Shown one piece after another: positions 54,684 to 63,731 of a stretch of DNA of 64,000 nucleotides. Origin of the DNA: Bacilli bacterium (GTDB taxonomy: Bacteria; Bacillota_I; Bacilli_A; RF39; UBA660); contig JBJEEB010000021.1 in assembly GCA_051872655.1 (NCBI GenBank), positions 2,535 through 66,534 of the forward strand. The letters run 5' to 3'. The position numbers and the translations under genes were made by a program. Positions within the stretch are counted from its first letter, which is position 1. Every line of letters starts with the position of its first letter. The notes under the pieces were generated by a model. The model had not been told where the DNA came from. It ran no database searches and saw only the letters and a list, made by a program, of their open reading frames with translations.

Positions 54684-56603
54684 TTATTTTTTTCTCTTTT
54701 TAACTTTTGCGTCGTTTTTCTCTATTATAAATGTTGATTCTTTATTTTCATCAGAAATATTTCTTTCTTTTATTATTTCATTAATATAATTTGTAAGACC
54801 TACATAATCCACTTTTCCATTCATTGTATATGGAATATTATTTAGAATAATATAGTATTTTGCTCTATCTCTTGGTTGTAATAATTCTTTACATTTTTTT
54901 TCTATTTGTTTAAGAATTTCTTCTTTTTCTTCATTTGATATATTCTTATTTTTTAATGTCATACATAGACATGCTATACTACCATGAGCATATAATCTGC
55001 TTGGTGAACCTATAACTACTGGTAATTCAATGTCTTCAAATGATGCTGCAATTGATTCTATTTGATTACTTGGAATGTTATGACCATCTGGTCTTACTAC
55101 TACTCTTTTTTCTCTTCCCATAAAGAATAGATGTCCATCTTCATCCATTTTAAATATATCACCTGTGTTTATCCATTTTCGGCCATCTTTGTCAACGTAG
55201 AATATTTTACTAGTAGCTTCTTCATTTTTATAGTATCCTAAAGTTTTTGATGGTGATGATATAAACATAGTCCCTTCTTCATTATAATATAATTCTTCAG
55301 AATCAATATTATACCTCTTTTCAAAATCACCCTGCCTTGGTAATATTTTAATGATATTTTTTGAAATTGGTATTCCAACACTACCTAGTTTATTTTTAAT
55401 ATCTGTTTTTGTAAAACTACCACAAGAAGCTATTTCAGTCATTCCCCAGCCTTTTAGTACTTTAGCAGAACTTCCATGTTCTTTCAAATATTCTATAGCT
55501 TTCTTTTCTATTTCTTTATCAAGATGATCTCCACCTATTATTATTCCTTTTAAGAATGATAAATCTTTTTTATAATTCATTAATATTAATAGAAAATTAG
55601 GAACGCCCATAATGTAATTAGGATGATGTTTATCAACTAATTTTCCTAATAATTTAGGGGCTTCATCCAATGTAAACTTAGGTATCATTAATAAGTGTTG
55701 TCCTTGACATAGCATATCGTGCATACCTATTACTAATCCATAGGCAATAAATGGTGGCATTATTAGTAGAAACTTATCACCAATCTCATTTTTTAATGAT
55801 TGTTTTTGAAAATATGATAAAGCATTAAATGATTCATTTGCTAGTTTTACTCCTTTTGGTTTTCCTGAAGTTCCACTTGTGTATTCTATTACTGCTAGTT
55901 CATCTGGAGTAAACTCTGCTACTGCAACATCTTCTTTACCATCTGCTTCTTTTATAAAGTTATCCCACTTTTTATATAAACTTGTTTTTTTGTTGCCAAC
56001 TTTTTTTAGAATAGTATTTTTTACTGAATTAGTTGCTGGTACTGTAATGACATTCTTTACTTTTGTGTCTTTAACAATTGAAGCAATTTTCTTTTCTGCT
56101 TTATCTATAACTATTGCAAAACTTGATCTTGTATCTAGCATATATTCTTTAATTAATTCTTTATTTATTCTAGGATCTATAACATTTATTACTGCTCCTA
56201 TTTTATTTAAAGCATAAATAGCATATACTGTTTCTGGTACATATGGCATACAAATGGAAACAACATCACCTTTTTTTATTCCTCGACCACTAAAAGCAAT
56301 AGCGGCTTTATCTATATTTTTTATTAATTCATCATATGTTATTTTATTCTTATAGTATTCAATAGCAATACTGCTTCTAAAGTCTTTACTTGATTCCACT
56401 AAATCTGTATAAAGTCTTCTTTTAGGAATTGTACTGGCAATTTCTTCATTACTATAATTAATAAGCCAAGGTCTATCTATACTTGGTTTTCCTGTTAAAG
56501 GTCCTAATCTTTCTCCTGTTAGTAATGTTCTAAGATATAGGTTTCTTTCTATATCCTCTGTTTCTAGATTTTTATTTTCTTCTATCATAATTATTTCCTC
56601 CAA
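54684..56603 (-). CDS. AMP-dependent synthetase/ligase (acyl-CoA synthetase-like adenylating enzyme)
   Basis: ORF track, 639 aa. Motifs are YTSGTSGKPKGV (A3), GWGMTE, and GD..DEDGHLFFMGR. Confidence 0.72.
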   Translation of the reverse strand: MEEIIMIEENKNLETEDIERNLYLRTLLTGERLGPLTGKPSIDRPWLINYSNEEIASTIPKRRLYTDLVESSKDFRSSIAIEYYKNKITYDELIKNIDKAAIAFSGRGIKKGDVVSICMPYVPETVYAIYALNKIGAVINVIDPRINKELIKEYMLDTRSSFAIVIDKAEKKIASIVKDTKVKNVITVPATNSVKNTILKKVGNKKTSLYKKWDNFIKEADGKEDVAVAEFTPDELAVIEYTSGTSGKPKGVKLANESFNALSYFQKQSLKNEIGDKFLLIMPPFIAYGLVIGMHDMLCQGQHLLMIPKFTLDEAPKLLGKLVDKHHPNYIMGVPNFLLILMNYKKDLSFLKGIIIGGDHLDKEIEKKAIEYLKEHGSSAKVLKGWGMTEIASCGSFTKTDIKNKLGSVGIPISKNIIKILPRQGDFEKRYNIDSEELYYNEEGTMFISSPSKTLGYYKNEEATSKIFYVDKDGRKWINTGDIFKMDEDGHLFFMGREKRVVVRPDGHNIPSNQIESIAASFEDIELPVVIGSPSRLYAHGSIACLCMTLKNKNISNEEKEEILKQIEKKCKELLQPRDRAKYYIILNNIPYTMNGKVDYVGLTNYINEIIKERNISDENKESTFIIEKNDAKVKKRKK

Positions 56604-57274
56604 ATCAGCATTAGTTTATCATAAAGTTCTTTATTTTTCAAGCATTTTCTTTTTTCTTTTTAATTAGTTCAGCCATATTTTTATTATCATTTAAATTTAA
56701 GTGTATACTATCTTCAAATAATTTAGCTTCATTGTAAATAATATATTCATATTTAAAAATATTTAAGAATCACTTACCTATTTCTTTCTGATGCATATGA
56801 AAATTTATTCTTCGTCCTAATTACATAGTCAAAGGTAGGTGATGGGATATAAATTATTTTTGACATTACTGAATCAAAATATTTTTTTCTATATTTTAAA
56901 TCCCAAAATTGTTCATTGACTATTTTTGCATAACTTAATAAGTCTTCAATTATCTTATCATATATTTTTTTATAAAGTTTTATTAAGTAATTAGAACTAA
57001 GTGCAATTATAAAAATATCTATTAGTACTAATGAATGATACATAGTTAGGAAAGTATTATCTCTATTTTTGTATGTTGTTCTTACTTCTTAATTATCTGC
57101 TAGTATCCAGCTAGGTCTTATTAATGTATCAAATATTTACTACCTAAATATTCTTTCAAGATGTTTTTCCATGATATTGCATTGATATTCTTTTTTGAAA
57201 CCATCTCCGTCTTCCTAAATATTTTAGTTGCCATATATTAATAACTTTTCATTATTTTCCACTATATAGAAAAA
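56604..57274 (-). pseudogene. Probable decayed gene (reading frame broken into at least 4 fragments)
   Basis: The minus strand yields consecutive fragments in different frames: MATKIFRKTEMVSKKNINAISWKNILKEYLGSKYLIH* / LIRPSWILADN* / ..MYHSLVLIDIF...SYASERNR* (the 89-aa ORF 56774-57043) / ..YEYIIYNEAKLFEDSIHLNLNDNKNMAELIKKKKENA*. This 670-nt gap is otherwise gene-free in a densely packed region. Confidence 0.35.
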
Positions 57275-57721
57275 TTAGGTTACTTTGTAACCTGATTTTT
57301 CTAATTCTAAAATTGCAATAGCAGATAATTCATCTTTAGATAATTTATTAATTTCATAAAAATCTGCACCTAATGAATCATCATTAACCTCATCAACTTC
57401 TATTTCTTTCTTTATATCATTTTTATAATCCAATACTTTGTAGAAAATTCCAGTATGATGTACTTTTACTAAAACATCTTCTTTAAATTGCCATTCAAAA
57501 GCAACTGAATCCGCATCAAATAGTTCATAATTAACTACTTCTATTCCAACTTCCTCCATTAGTTCCCTTTTTAATGCAATTACAGGTCTTTCGCAAAATT
57601 CTATTGTTCCTCCAGGTAAATCAAGTTTTCCATCGTAAGGTCCTCCTGACTTTTTAATAAGTAAAATTTTACCTTCAGATATCACTAGACCATAAGCTCC
57701 TAATTGTTTGTATTCTTTCAT
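57275..57721 (-). CDS. Nudix hydrolase
   Basis: ORF track (166 aa). The likely start is MKEYKQLG at 57721, behind AGAGAGGAAAAG. The Nudix box is GGTIEFCERPVIALKRELMEEVGI. Confidence 0.78.
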   Translation of the reverse strand: MKEYKQLGAYGLVISEGKILLIKKSGGPYDGKLDLPGGTIEFCERPVIALKRELMEEVGIEVVNYELFDADSVAFEWQFKEDVLVKVHHTGIFYKVLDYKNDIKKEIEVDEVNDDSLGADFYEINKLSKDELSAIAILELEKSGYKVT

Positions 57722-57822
57722 TTTCTTTTCCTCTCTTTCTATTTTGTTAATATGATTACAATAAACATTTATCATAATTAATATTTATCTAATTCTTTTT
57801 AGTATATTTACATTACTATTTT

Positions 57823-57880
57823 TTTGATAGAGACCCAAGGCTCTATCAAACCTCTTAAGACTATACTTAGGCTTAAGAGG
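57823..57880. repeat. Tandem-hairpin intergenic repeat, locus 7 (2 hairpins)
   Basis: tttgatagag-ACCCAAGG-ctctatcaaa and cctcttaag-ACTATACTTAGG-cttaagagg, lying 21 nt after the rsmG stop. Confidence 0.85.
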
Positions 57881-57901
57881 TATTAAAAAGAAGAAAGAAT
57901 A

Positions 57902-58603
57902 TTATATATCTCTCTTTATTATTTCAGAATATCTTCTTGGATATTTAGAATCTGTTTCTTTTAGTTTTTGATACTTAATAATTGTTCTAATACTATCTTC
58001 TTTAGGTAAATTAAATACTTCTCTAGTAACTTCTTTTATGTTTAATTTATTATAGTAATTAGTTATATTTACTTCTTCATTTTCAACATTTGCTTTCATA
58101 GTTATAAAGTATCCACCTATTTTTAATAATGGTATACCATACTCTAATAAATGTTTTAAAGGAGCTACTGCTCTTGCTGTCACTATATCAAATACTTCTC
58201 TATTATTTTTAGAAAATTCCTCTGCTCTAGCATTTAGTATAGTTACATTTGTTAAATTTAATTTATCTTTGACAATATTTAGAAAATTACATTTTTTACC
58301 ATTAGATTCTATTAATGTTAACTTAGTGTTTGGAAAACATATTGCTAGTACTAATCCAGGAAATCCTGCTCCTGAGCCTATATCACATATGATCTGATTA
58401 TTTATATCTATTACTTTAGTAATTGTTAAACTATCATAAAAATGTTTTAAGTAAACTGCATCTTCTTCAATTATTCTAGTTAAGTTATATTTATTGTTTT
58501 CTTCTTTTAATATATGATAATATGTATCTAATTTATTTAGCATTTCTTCTGTTATAGCTATTCCTAACTCTTTTGTTTTAATTAAAAATTCTTCTTTAAA
58601 CAT
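57902..58603 (-). CDS. rsmG: 16S rRNA (guanine527-N7)-methyltransferase
   Basis: ORF track, 233 aa, with SAM motif DIGSGAGFPGL. It follows mnmG with an 8-nt overlap. Confidence 0.9.
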   Translation of the reverse strand: MFKEEFLIKTKELGIAITEEMLNKLDTYYHILKEENNKYNLTRIIEEDAVYLKHFYDSLTITKVIDINNQIICDIGSGAGFPGLVLAICFPNTKLTLIESNGKKCNFLNIVKDKLNLTNVTILNARAEEFSKNNREVFDIVTARAVAPLKHLLEYGIPLLKIGGYFITMKANVENEEVNITNYYNKLNIKEVTREVFNLPKEDSIRTIIKYQKLKETDSKYPRRYSEIIKRDI

Positions 58604-60434
58604 TATAAAACTTCCTTAAATATACTAGTAATATTGATATATCTGATGGATTTACTCCACTTATTCTTATAGCTTGTCCTATATTTAATGGTCTTACTTC
58701 TTTTAATTTTTGTCTTGCTTCACTAGCTAAATTTGGTACTTTATCATAATCTATATTTACTGGTATTTGTTTTTCTTCATTTTTTAACATTTTTTCTGCT
58801 TCTCTTTCTACTTTTTTTATATATCCTTCATACTTTATTTGAATTTCTACTTCTTCAATTACTTCTTTTGAATAGTTTAAATCTAATTTAAAGTTTTTAA
58901 TTATTTCTTCTAATTTGGCTGAAGGATTTTTTAAATAATCATATATAGTAGTAGTTACTCTGTTTTTTTCATTATCAACAGTTATCTTTATTTCTTTCAA
59001 TTTTTCAGTAAGTTCTAAAATGTTGTTTTTCTTTTCAATAAATTTTTCATATTTAATACCTTTTACTAGTCCTACTTTATGGCCATATTCTGTTAATCTT
59101 AAATCACTATTATCGTGTCTTAATAAAAGACGATATTCTGCTCGTGAGGTTAGCATTCGATATGGTTCTTTTGTTCCTTTTGTTACTAAATCATCTATTA
59201 ATACTCCAATGTACGCTTCATTTCTTTTTAGAATTAATGGTTCTTTTTTTTCTAATTTTAATGCTGCATTAATACCTGCGATTAATCCTTGACAAGCAGC
59301 CTCTTCATAACCACTGGTACCATTGATTTGTCCTGCAGTAAAAAGATTATTTAATATTTTAGTCTCTAGACTTGGTTTTATTTGTGTTGGATATATAGCA
59401 TCATACTCGATAGCATATGCATATCTTAATATTTTAGCATGTTCTAGTCCTGGTAATGAATGAACCATTTCTTCTTGGATAGTTCTTGGCATACTTGTAG
59501 AGAAACCTTGAATATATATATCATCGTAGTACTTGCTTTCTGGTTCTAGGAATAACTGATGTTTTTCTTTATCACTAAATCTTACTATTTTATCTTCAAT
59601 TGATGGACAGTATCTAGGACCTACTCCTGTTATATCATCTAATCCTCCATACATACTTGATTTATTTAAATTGTCTAGAATTATTTTTTTTGTTTTGTCA
59701 GTTGTATAAATCAAATAACATGGTTCTTGATTATTTACGTCATATACTGGCTCTTTAGTATGAGAAAAAGTGTACTGCTGTTTATCACCATCTTCTCTTT
59801 GTGTTTTTGTAAAATCAATACTACTTCTTTCTATACGAGGTGGTGTGCCTGTTTTTAATCTTAGAATGTTAAATCCATATTTTTTTAGATTGTCAGATAG
59901 GTGCATAGATGGTTTTTCATTATGTGGGCCACTTCTTGTTCTTGTATCTCCTATTAAAATATCTGACTTTAAATATGTTCCTGTAGTTAAAATTACAATA
60001 TTAGAAGTTATGTTTTCACCAGTATCTAATACTACTCCATAGACAGTATTATCTTTTACTATTAAGTCCTCGACCATTCCTTCTTTTATTGATAAATCTT
60101 TTTCATTTCTTAATACTTTTAACATTTCTCTAGGATATGTTATTTTATCTGCTTGGGCACGAAGTGATTTTACTGCTGGGCCTTTGGCATAGTTTAACAT
60201 CTTCATTTGTATAAGTGTTGCATCTGCTACTTCACCCATTGCGCCTCCTAGAGCATCGATTTCCCTTACTATTATTCCTTTAGCGGATCCTCCAATAGAG
60301 GGATTACATGGCATAGTAGCAATATTACTAATACTTCCTGTTACTAAAAGAGTTTTATGTCCTTTTCTAGAGGAAGCTAAGGCTGCTTCACATCCGGCAT
60401 GCCCTCCTCCTACTACTATTACTTCATAATTCAT
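58596..60434 (-). CDS. mnmG: tRNA uridine 5-carboxymethylaminomethyl modification enzyme MnmG (GidA)
   Basis: ORF track, 612 aa. It contains the FAD motif VVGGGHAGCEAA, SCNPSIGG-like PCNPSIGG, and GQINGTSGYEEAA. Confidence 0.95.
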   Translation of the reverse strand: MNYEVIVVGGGHAGCEAALASSRKGHKTLLVTGSISNIATMPCNPSIGGSAKGIIVREIDALGGAMGEVADATLIQMKMLNYAKGPAVKSLRAQADKITYPREMLKVLRNEKDLSIKEGMVEDLIVKDNTVYGVVLDTGENITSNIVILTTGTYLKSDILIGDTRTRSGPHNEKPSMHLSDNLKKYGFNILRLKTGTPPRIERSSIDFTKTQREDGDKQQYTFSHTKEPVYDVNNQEPCYLIYTTDKTKKIILDNLNKSSMYGGLDDITGVGPRYCPSIEDKIVRFSDKEKHQLFLEPESKYYDDIYIQGFSTSMPRTIQEEMVHSLPGLEHAKILRYAYAIEYDAIYPTQIKPSLETKILNNLFTAGQINGTSGYEEAACQGLIAGINAALKLEKKEPLILKRNEAYIGVLIDDLVTKGTKEPYRMLTSRAEYRLLLRHDNSDLRLTEYGHKVGLVKGIKYEKFIEKKNNILELTEKLKEIKITVDNEKNRVTTTIYDYLKNPSAKLEEIIKNFKLDLNYSKEVIEEVEIQIKYEGYIKKVEREAEKMLKNEEKQIPVNIDYDKVPNLASEARQKLKEVRPLNIGQAIRISGVNPSDISILLVYLRKFYNV

Positions 60435-60443
60435 ATTATCACC

Positions 60444-61790
60444 CTACTTTCCTAAACAGAATCTAGAGAACAATTCATCTAGCAATTCTTCTTTATACGT
60501 TGCTCCAATTACTTCTCCTAGTGTGTTCCACGCGTCTTTAAGGCCTAGTTCTACAATGTCAATTGGACTATTACTATTTATTTCTTTGATTGTATTATCT
60601 ATTATATTAAGAGATTTTTTTAGTAATGATATTGTTCTCGCATTAGATAAATATGTTAGGTCATTAGATTTAATCTCTCCTATGTTAAATAAGTCTCTTA
60701 TTTTATTTTTTACTTTATCAATGCCAATATTTTCTTTTACTGATATTTCGATATAGTCATCTAACATACTTTTATCTAATTTACTTTCTAAATCTATTTT
60801 ATTTATTACAATTATTTTCTTTTTATTTTTTAATTTATCTAATAACTCTTTTTCTTCATTTGATAGTTCTTCGTTGTTATTAAGAATGAATATAACTAAA
60901 TCTGAAGAGTCTATTATTTTTAAACTTTTTTCTACTCCTAGCATTTCTACTATGTCTTTACTTTCTCTAATACCTGCAGTATCTGTTATGTTTAATGTGA
61001 TTCCTCCAAGTATTAAAGTTCCTTCAACAATGTCTCTTGTAGTTCCAGGAATATTTGTAACTATTGCTTTTTCTTCTTCTATTAAAGAATTTAAGAGACT
61101 ACTTTTACCTACATTGGGTTTCCCAATTATGCCTACTTTTATTCCTTCTTTTATTACTTTACTATCTTCAGATTTTTTTATTATGTCTACTAGTCTAGTT
61201 CTAAACTTTTGAATATTTGGAAGTACTTTATCATTTGTCATTTCTTCAACATCTTCATATTCTGGATAATCTATATTTACTTCAATATTACTTATTATTT
61301 GAATTAAATCACTACGAAGGCTTTTTATTAAATTTGATGTTTCTCCAGTTAATGTGTTTATAGATATTTTTCTTGCTGTTTCAGATTTTGATGATATTAG
61401 GTCCATAGTAGCTTCTGCTTCAAGGAGATCTATTCTTCCATTTAGAAAGGCTCTTTTTGTAAATTCTCCTGGCTCTGCAAGTCTGGCACCATTTTCTAAT
61501 AATAACTCTAATACTTTATTAGTTGTAGCTATTCCCCCATGGCAATTTATTTCAACAATATCTTCTCTTGTAAATGTTTTAGGTGCTCTCATAATGCTTA
61601 CTAAGACTTCATCTATTTTTTCTTCTTTATCTTTTATATATCCATAATGAATAGTGTGTGATTCTGCATTAGTTAAATCTTTTGTAAATACTTTGTTTAC
61701 TATTTTTATAGCATCAATACCACTTAATCTTATTATTGATATGGCTCCTACTCCTGTAGTTGTTGATATAGCTGTGATTGTATCTTCCAT
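60444..61790 (-). CDS. mnmE: tRNA modification GTPase MnmE (TrmE)
   Basis: ORF track, 448 aa. It contains DTITAIST, GKPNVGKSSLLN, DTAGIR, and the C-terminal FCLGK. Confidence 0.95.
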   Translation of the reverse strand: MEDTITAISTTTGVGAISIIRLSGIDAIKIVNKVFTKDLTNAESHTIHYGYIKDKEEKIDEVLVSIMRAPKTFTREDIVEINCHGGIATTNKVLELLLENGARLAEPGEFTKRAFLNGRIDLLEAEATMDLISSKSETARKISINTLTGETSNLIKSLRSDLIQIISNIEVNIDYPEYEDVEEMTNDKVLPNIQKFRTRLVDIIKKSEDSKVIKEGIKVGIIGKPNVGKSSLLNSLIEEEKAIVTNIPGTTRDIVEGTLILGGITLNITDTAGIRESKDIVEMLGVEKSLKIIDSSDLVIFILNNNEELSNEEKELLDKLKNKKKIIVINKIDLESKLDKSMLDDYIEISVKENIGIDKVKNKIRDLFNIGEIKSNDLTYLSNARTISLLKKSLNIIDNTIKEINSNSPIDIVELGLKDAWNTLGEVIGATYKEELLDELFSRFCLGK

Positions 61791-61811
61791 AATACTCCTT
61801 CTTTCTCTGGT

Positions 61812-61882
61812 AGTATTTTATCACATTTTAGTAAAATATAAAAGAAAAAAGAAAGTATTTGTTATTATTTACTTTCTTTAAG
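61812..61882. repeat. Direct repeat L (copy of the jag 3' end + terminator + downstream spacer)
   Basis: The core 61833-61880, AAAATATAAAAGAAAAAAGAAAGTATTTGTTATTATTTACTTTCTTT, matches 63087-63135 with one A-run indel and one substitution. It contains the terminator hairpin AAGAAAGTA..TACTTTCTT and the codons for LKESK* that end the GNAT gene. Confidence 0.85.
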
Positions 61883-62224
61883 ATTTATAACGTATTTCAT
61901 GTTGTCTTTATTATTAGATATTAGTAGTCCATTTTGGCTTTCAATTATATTTCGTGCGGGTATATTTTCTTTTGATATTGTTATAGTTATCTCTTTATAT
62001 CCTTTGTCTTTTAACTTATCTTTTAATAATTTGAATATTATTTTTCCATAGCCATTACTTCGATATTTTTCTAGAATAGAGAATTCTACTTTATTTTCTT
62101 TAGTATCATTTATAATACCATATCCTAATATTTGATTATCTTTTTTTAATGCATATACTTCATCTTCATTGTTTACATTTAGTTCTTTTAACTCATAATT
62201 ATTTATTTTTAATAACTCAAACAT
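61865..62224 (-). CDS. Small GNAT-family N-acetyltransferase
   Basis: ORF track, 119 aa, with acetyl-CoA motif A YRSNGYGKIIF. Its start overlaps the upstream stop (TAATG). Its last 5 codons are identical to those of jag. Confidence 0.7.
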   Translation of the reverse strand: MFELLKINNYELKELNVNNEDEVYALKKDNQILGYGIINDTKENKVEFSILEKYRSNGYGKIIFKLLKDKLKDKGYKEITITISKENIPARNIIESQNGLLISNNKDNMKYVINLKESK

Positions 62225-63018
62225 TATATATTTCTTCCTTTCTTACTTTCAAATATTTCACTAAAGTTATCTTGAATAAATTTTTGGAAGCTTGGATATG
62301 CTCTACACTTTGCATCGATTATACGCCTTATAGTTTCTATAAAACTGGGATTTAATCTTTGAAAACAAGAACTAGTAAATTCTAATAATCCTATATCATT
62401 CATTATTCTTTTAGTTTTTTGTTCACTAAATACTACATTTCCAGTGTAATTATTATTATCATCATATTCCATTCTTATTTTTATATCAAAGAAATAGTCT
62501 AATAAATAGTTACAGTATGTTTTTATATAGTCTATTTTTTCAACTTTTACTGGTATTTTATATTTTTCTTTTATTGCTAATTTTTCTTCTTCACTACTAG
62601 CTTTGGATATTTCATTTAAGTAATGTAATCTAAGAATTGTATATCTATGTAGACCATTACTGCTTACTACATATTTTCCTTCATCTGCTTCAGATAATAC
62701 AATTGGTTCTCTTTTAAAACTTTGCATAAGAGCAGTTATTACTTCTTCGCTCGAATAATCTAACATTCCAATACTTCTAGTTTGATAACTCATACCTTTT
62801 CTATCAAAATAATTGCTAAAGCATGATAATATATTGGGTGATTGGCTTGAAGATATTCTCCACTTGTAGTCATAACCTAGTATATCTCCAACTGATATAT
62901 ATGTATCTTCTTTTTTACTATATAGACCATTTGTATAAACTATTACATTTATATCTTCTGTAGACTGTATTTTACTATCACTTAGTTTTCCTATTTTATC
63001 TAAATCTATATTGTGCAT
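62224..63018 (-). CDS. Hypothetical protein with ParB/Srx (DUF262-like) NTPase/nuclease-fold signature
   Basis: ORF track, 264 aa. The string REPIVLSEADEGKYVVSSNGLHRYTILRL parallels the ParB-N/DUF262 pattern (..y.viDGqQRltTl). The rest is unassigned, and the start codon is uncertain. Confidence 0.4.
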   Translation of the reverse strand: MHNIDLDKIGKLSDSKIQSTEDINVIVYTNGLYSKKEDTYISVGDILGYDYKWRISSSQSPNILSCFSNYFDRKGMSYQTRSIGMLDYSSEEVITALMQSFKREPIVLSEADEGKYVVSSNGLHRYTILRLHYLNEISKASSEEEKLAIKEKYKIPVKVEKIDYIKTYCNYLLDYFFDIKIRMEYDDNNNYTGNVVFSEQKTKRIMNDIGLLEFTSSCFQRLNPSFIETIRRIIDAKCRAYPSFQKFIQDNFSEIFESKKGRNI

Positions 63019-63065
63019 ATTTGCAAATTCAAATAATTCTTCGTTGATAATACATCATCTCCAAT

Positions 63066-63137
63066 TTAATATTATCATAATTTTAAAAAATATAAAAGAA
63101 AAAAAGAAAGTATTTATTATTATTTACTTTCTTTTAA
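63066..63137. repeat. Direct repeat R (authentic jag 3' end + terminator + spacer)
   Basis: See repeat L. Repeat R covers the jag codons LKESK* and its terminator. Confidence 0.85.
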
Positions 63138-63731
63138 TTTAATTACTACTTTTCTATTAGGTTCTTCCCCAATAGATTCTGTATAAACATATTTATCATC
63201 CGCAAGAGCTTCATGAACTATTCTTCTTTCATATGAATTCATGCTATCCATAGTTACTTCAGTTTTAGTTTTGTAAGCCTCTCTTGCTAATCTTTTAGCT
63301 AAATATTCTATGCTTCTAGCTCTCTTTTCTTTATAATTACCAACGTCAATAATGATTGATAAAGGTTCTTTTAATTTTGAGTTAACCATTTGTCTTATTA
63401 TTAATTGAAGAGCTGCAACATTCTTACCATTTTTGCCGATAAGTATAGAATTGTTTTCAGAAAATATTGTAACTGATATATTGTTATCTCTTCTTCTTAC
63501 TTCTAGATTTGATTTAGCTCCCATTAAATCTGTTATTTGATTTAGTGTATCTTTAATGAATGTTATTATTTCATTCATATTTAATACTTCAATCTTAACA
63601 TTCTTTTTTAATAAACTACTTTTATCTTCAATACTATTAACTATTAAATCTTCTTTAGATAGTTTTAGTTCTTCTAGGGCAGTGTTTATGGCTTGCTCTT
63701 CTGTTTTTCCTTCAAAATAATACTTATTCAT
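63120..63731 (-). CDS. jag: Jag/KhpB RNA-binding protein (Jag_N, KH, R3H)
   Basis: ORF track, 203 aa. It contains the KH-like string LIGKNGKNVAALQ and the R3H string SYERRIVHEAL. Its start overlaps the yidC stop (TAATG). Confidence 0.88.
   Translation of the reverse strand: MNKYYFEGKTEEQAINTALEELKLSKEDLIVNSIEDKSSLLKKNVKIEVLNMNEIITFIKDTLNQITDLMGAKSNLEVRRRDNNISVTIFSENNSILIGKNGKNVAALQLIIRQMVNSKLKEPLSIIIDVGNYKEKRARSIEYLAKRLAREAYKTKTEVTMDSMNSYERRIVHEALADDKYVYTESIGEEPNRKVVIKLKESK

Noticed and set aside
1929-57880. The hairpin repeats as a CRISPR array or as ordinary terminators.
   Set aside because: They are not CRISPR. The copies are dispersed in ones to threes, are not identical, have no regular spacer periodicity, and no cas genes are present. 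They are not simply terminators either. Several lack a following U-tract, one lies in a promoter region, and at locus 2 the element follows a separate canonical terminator.
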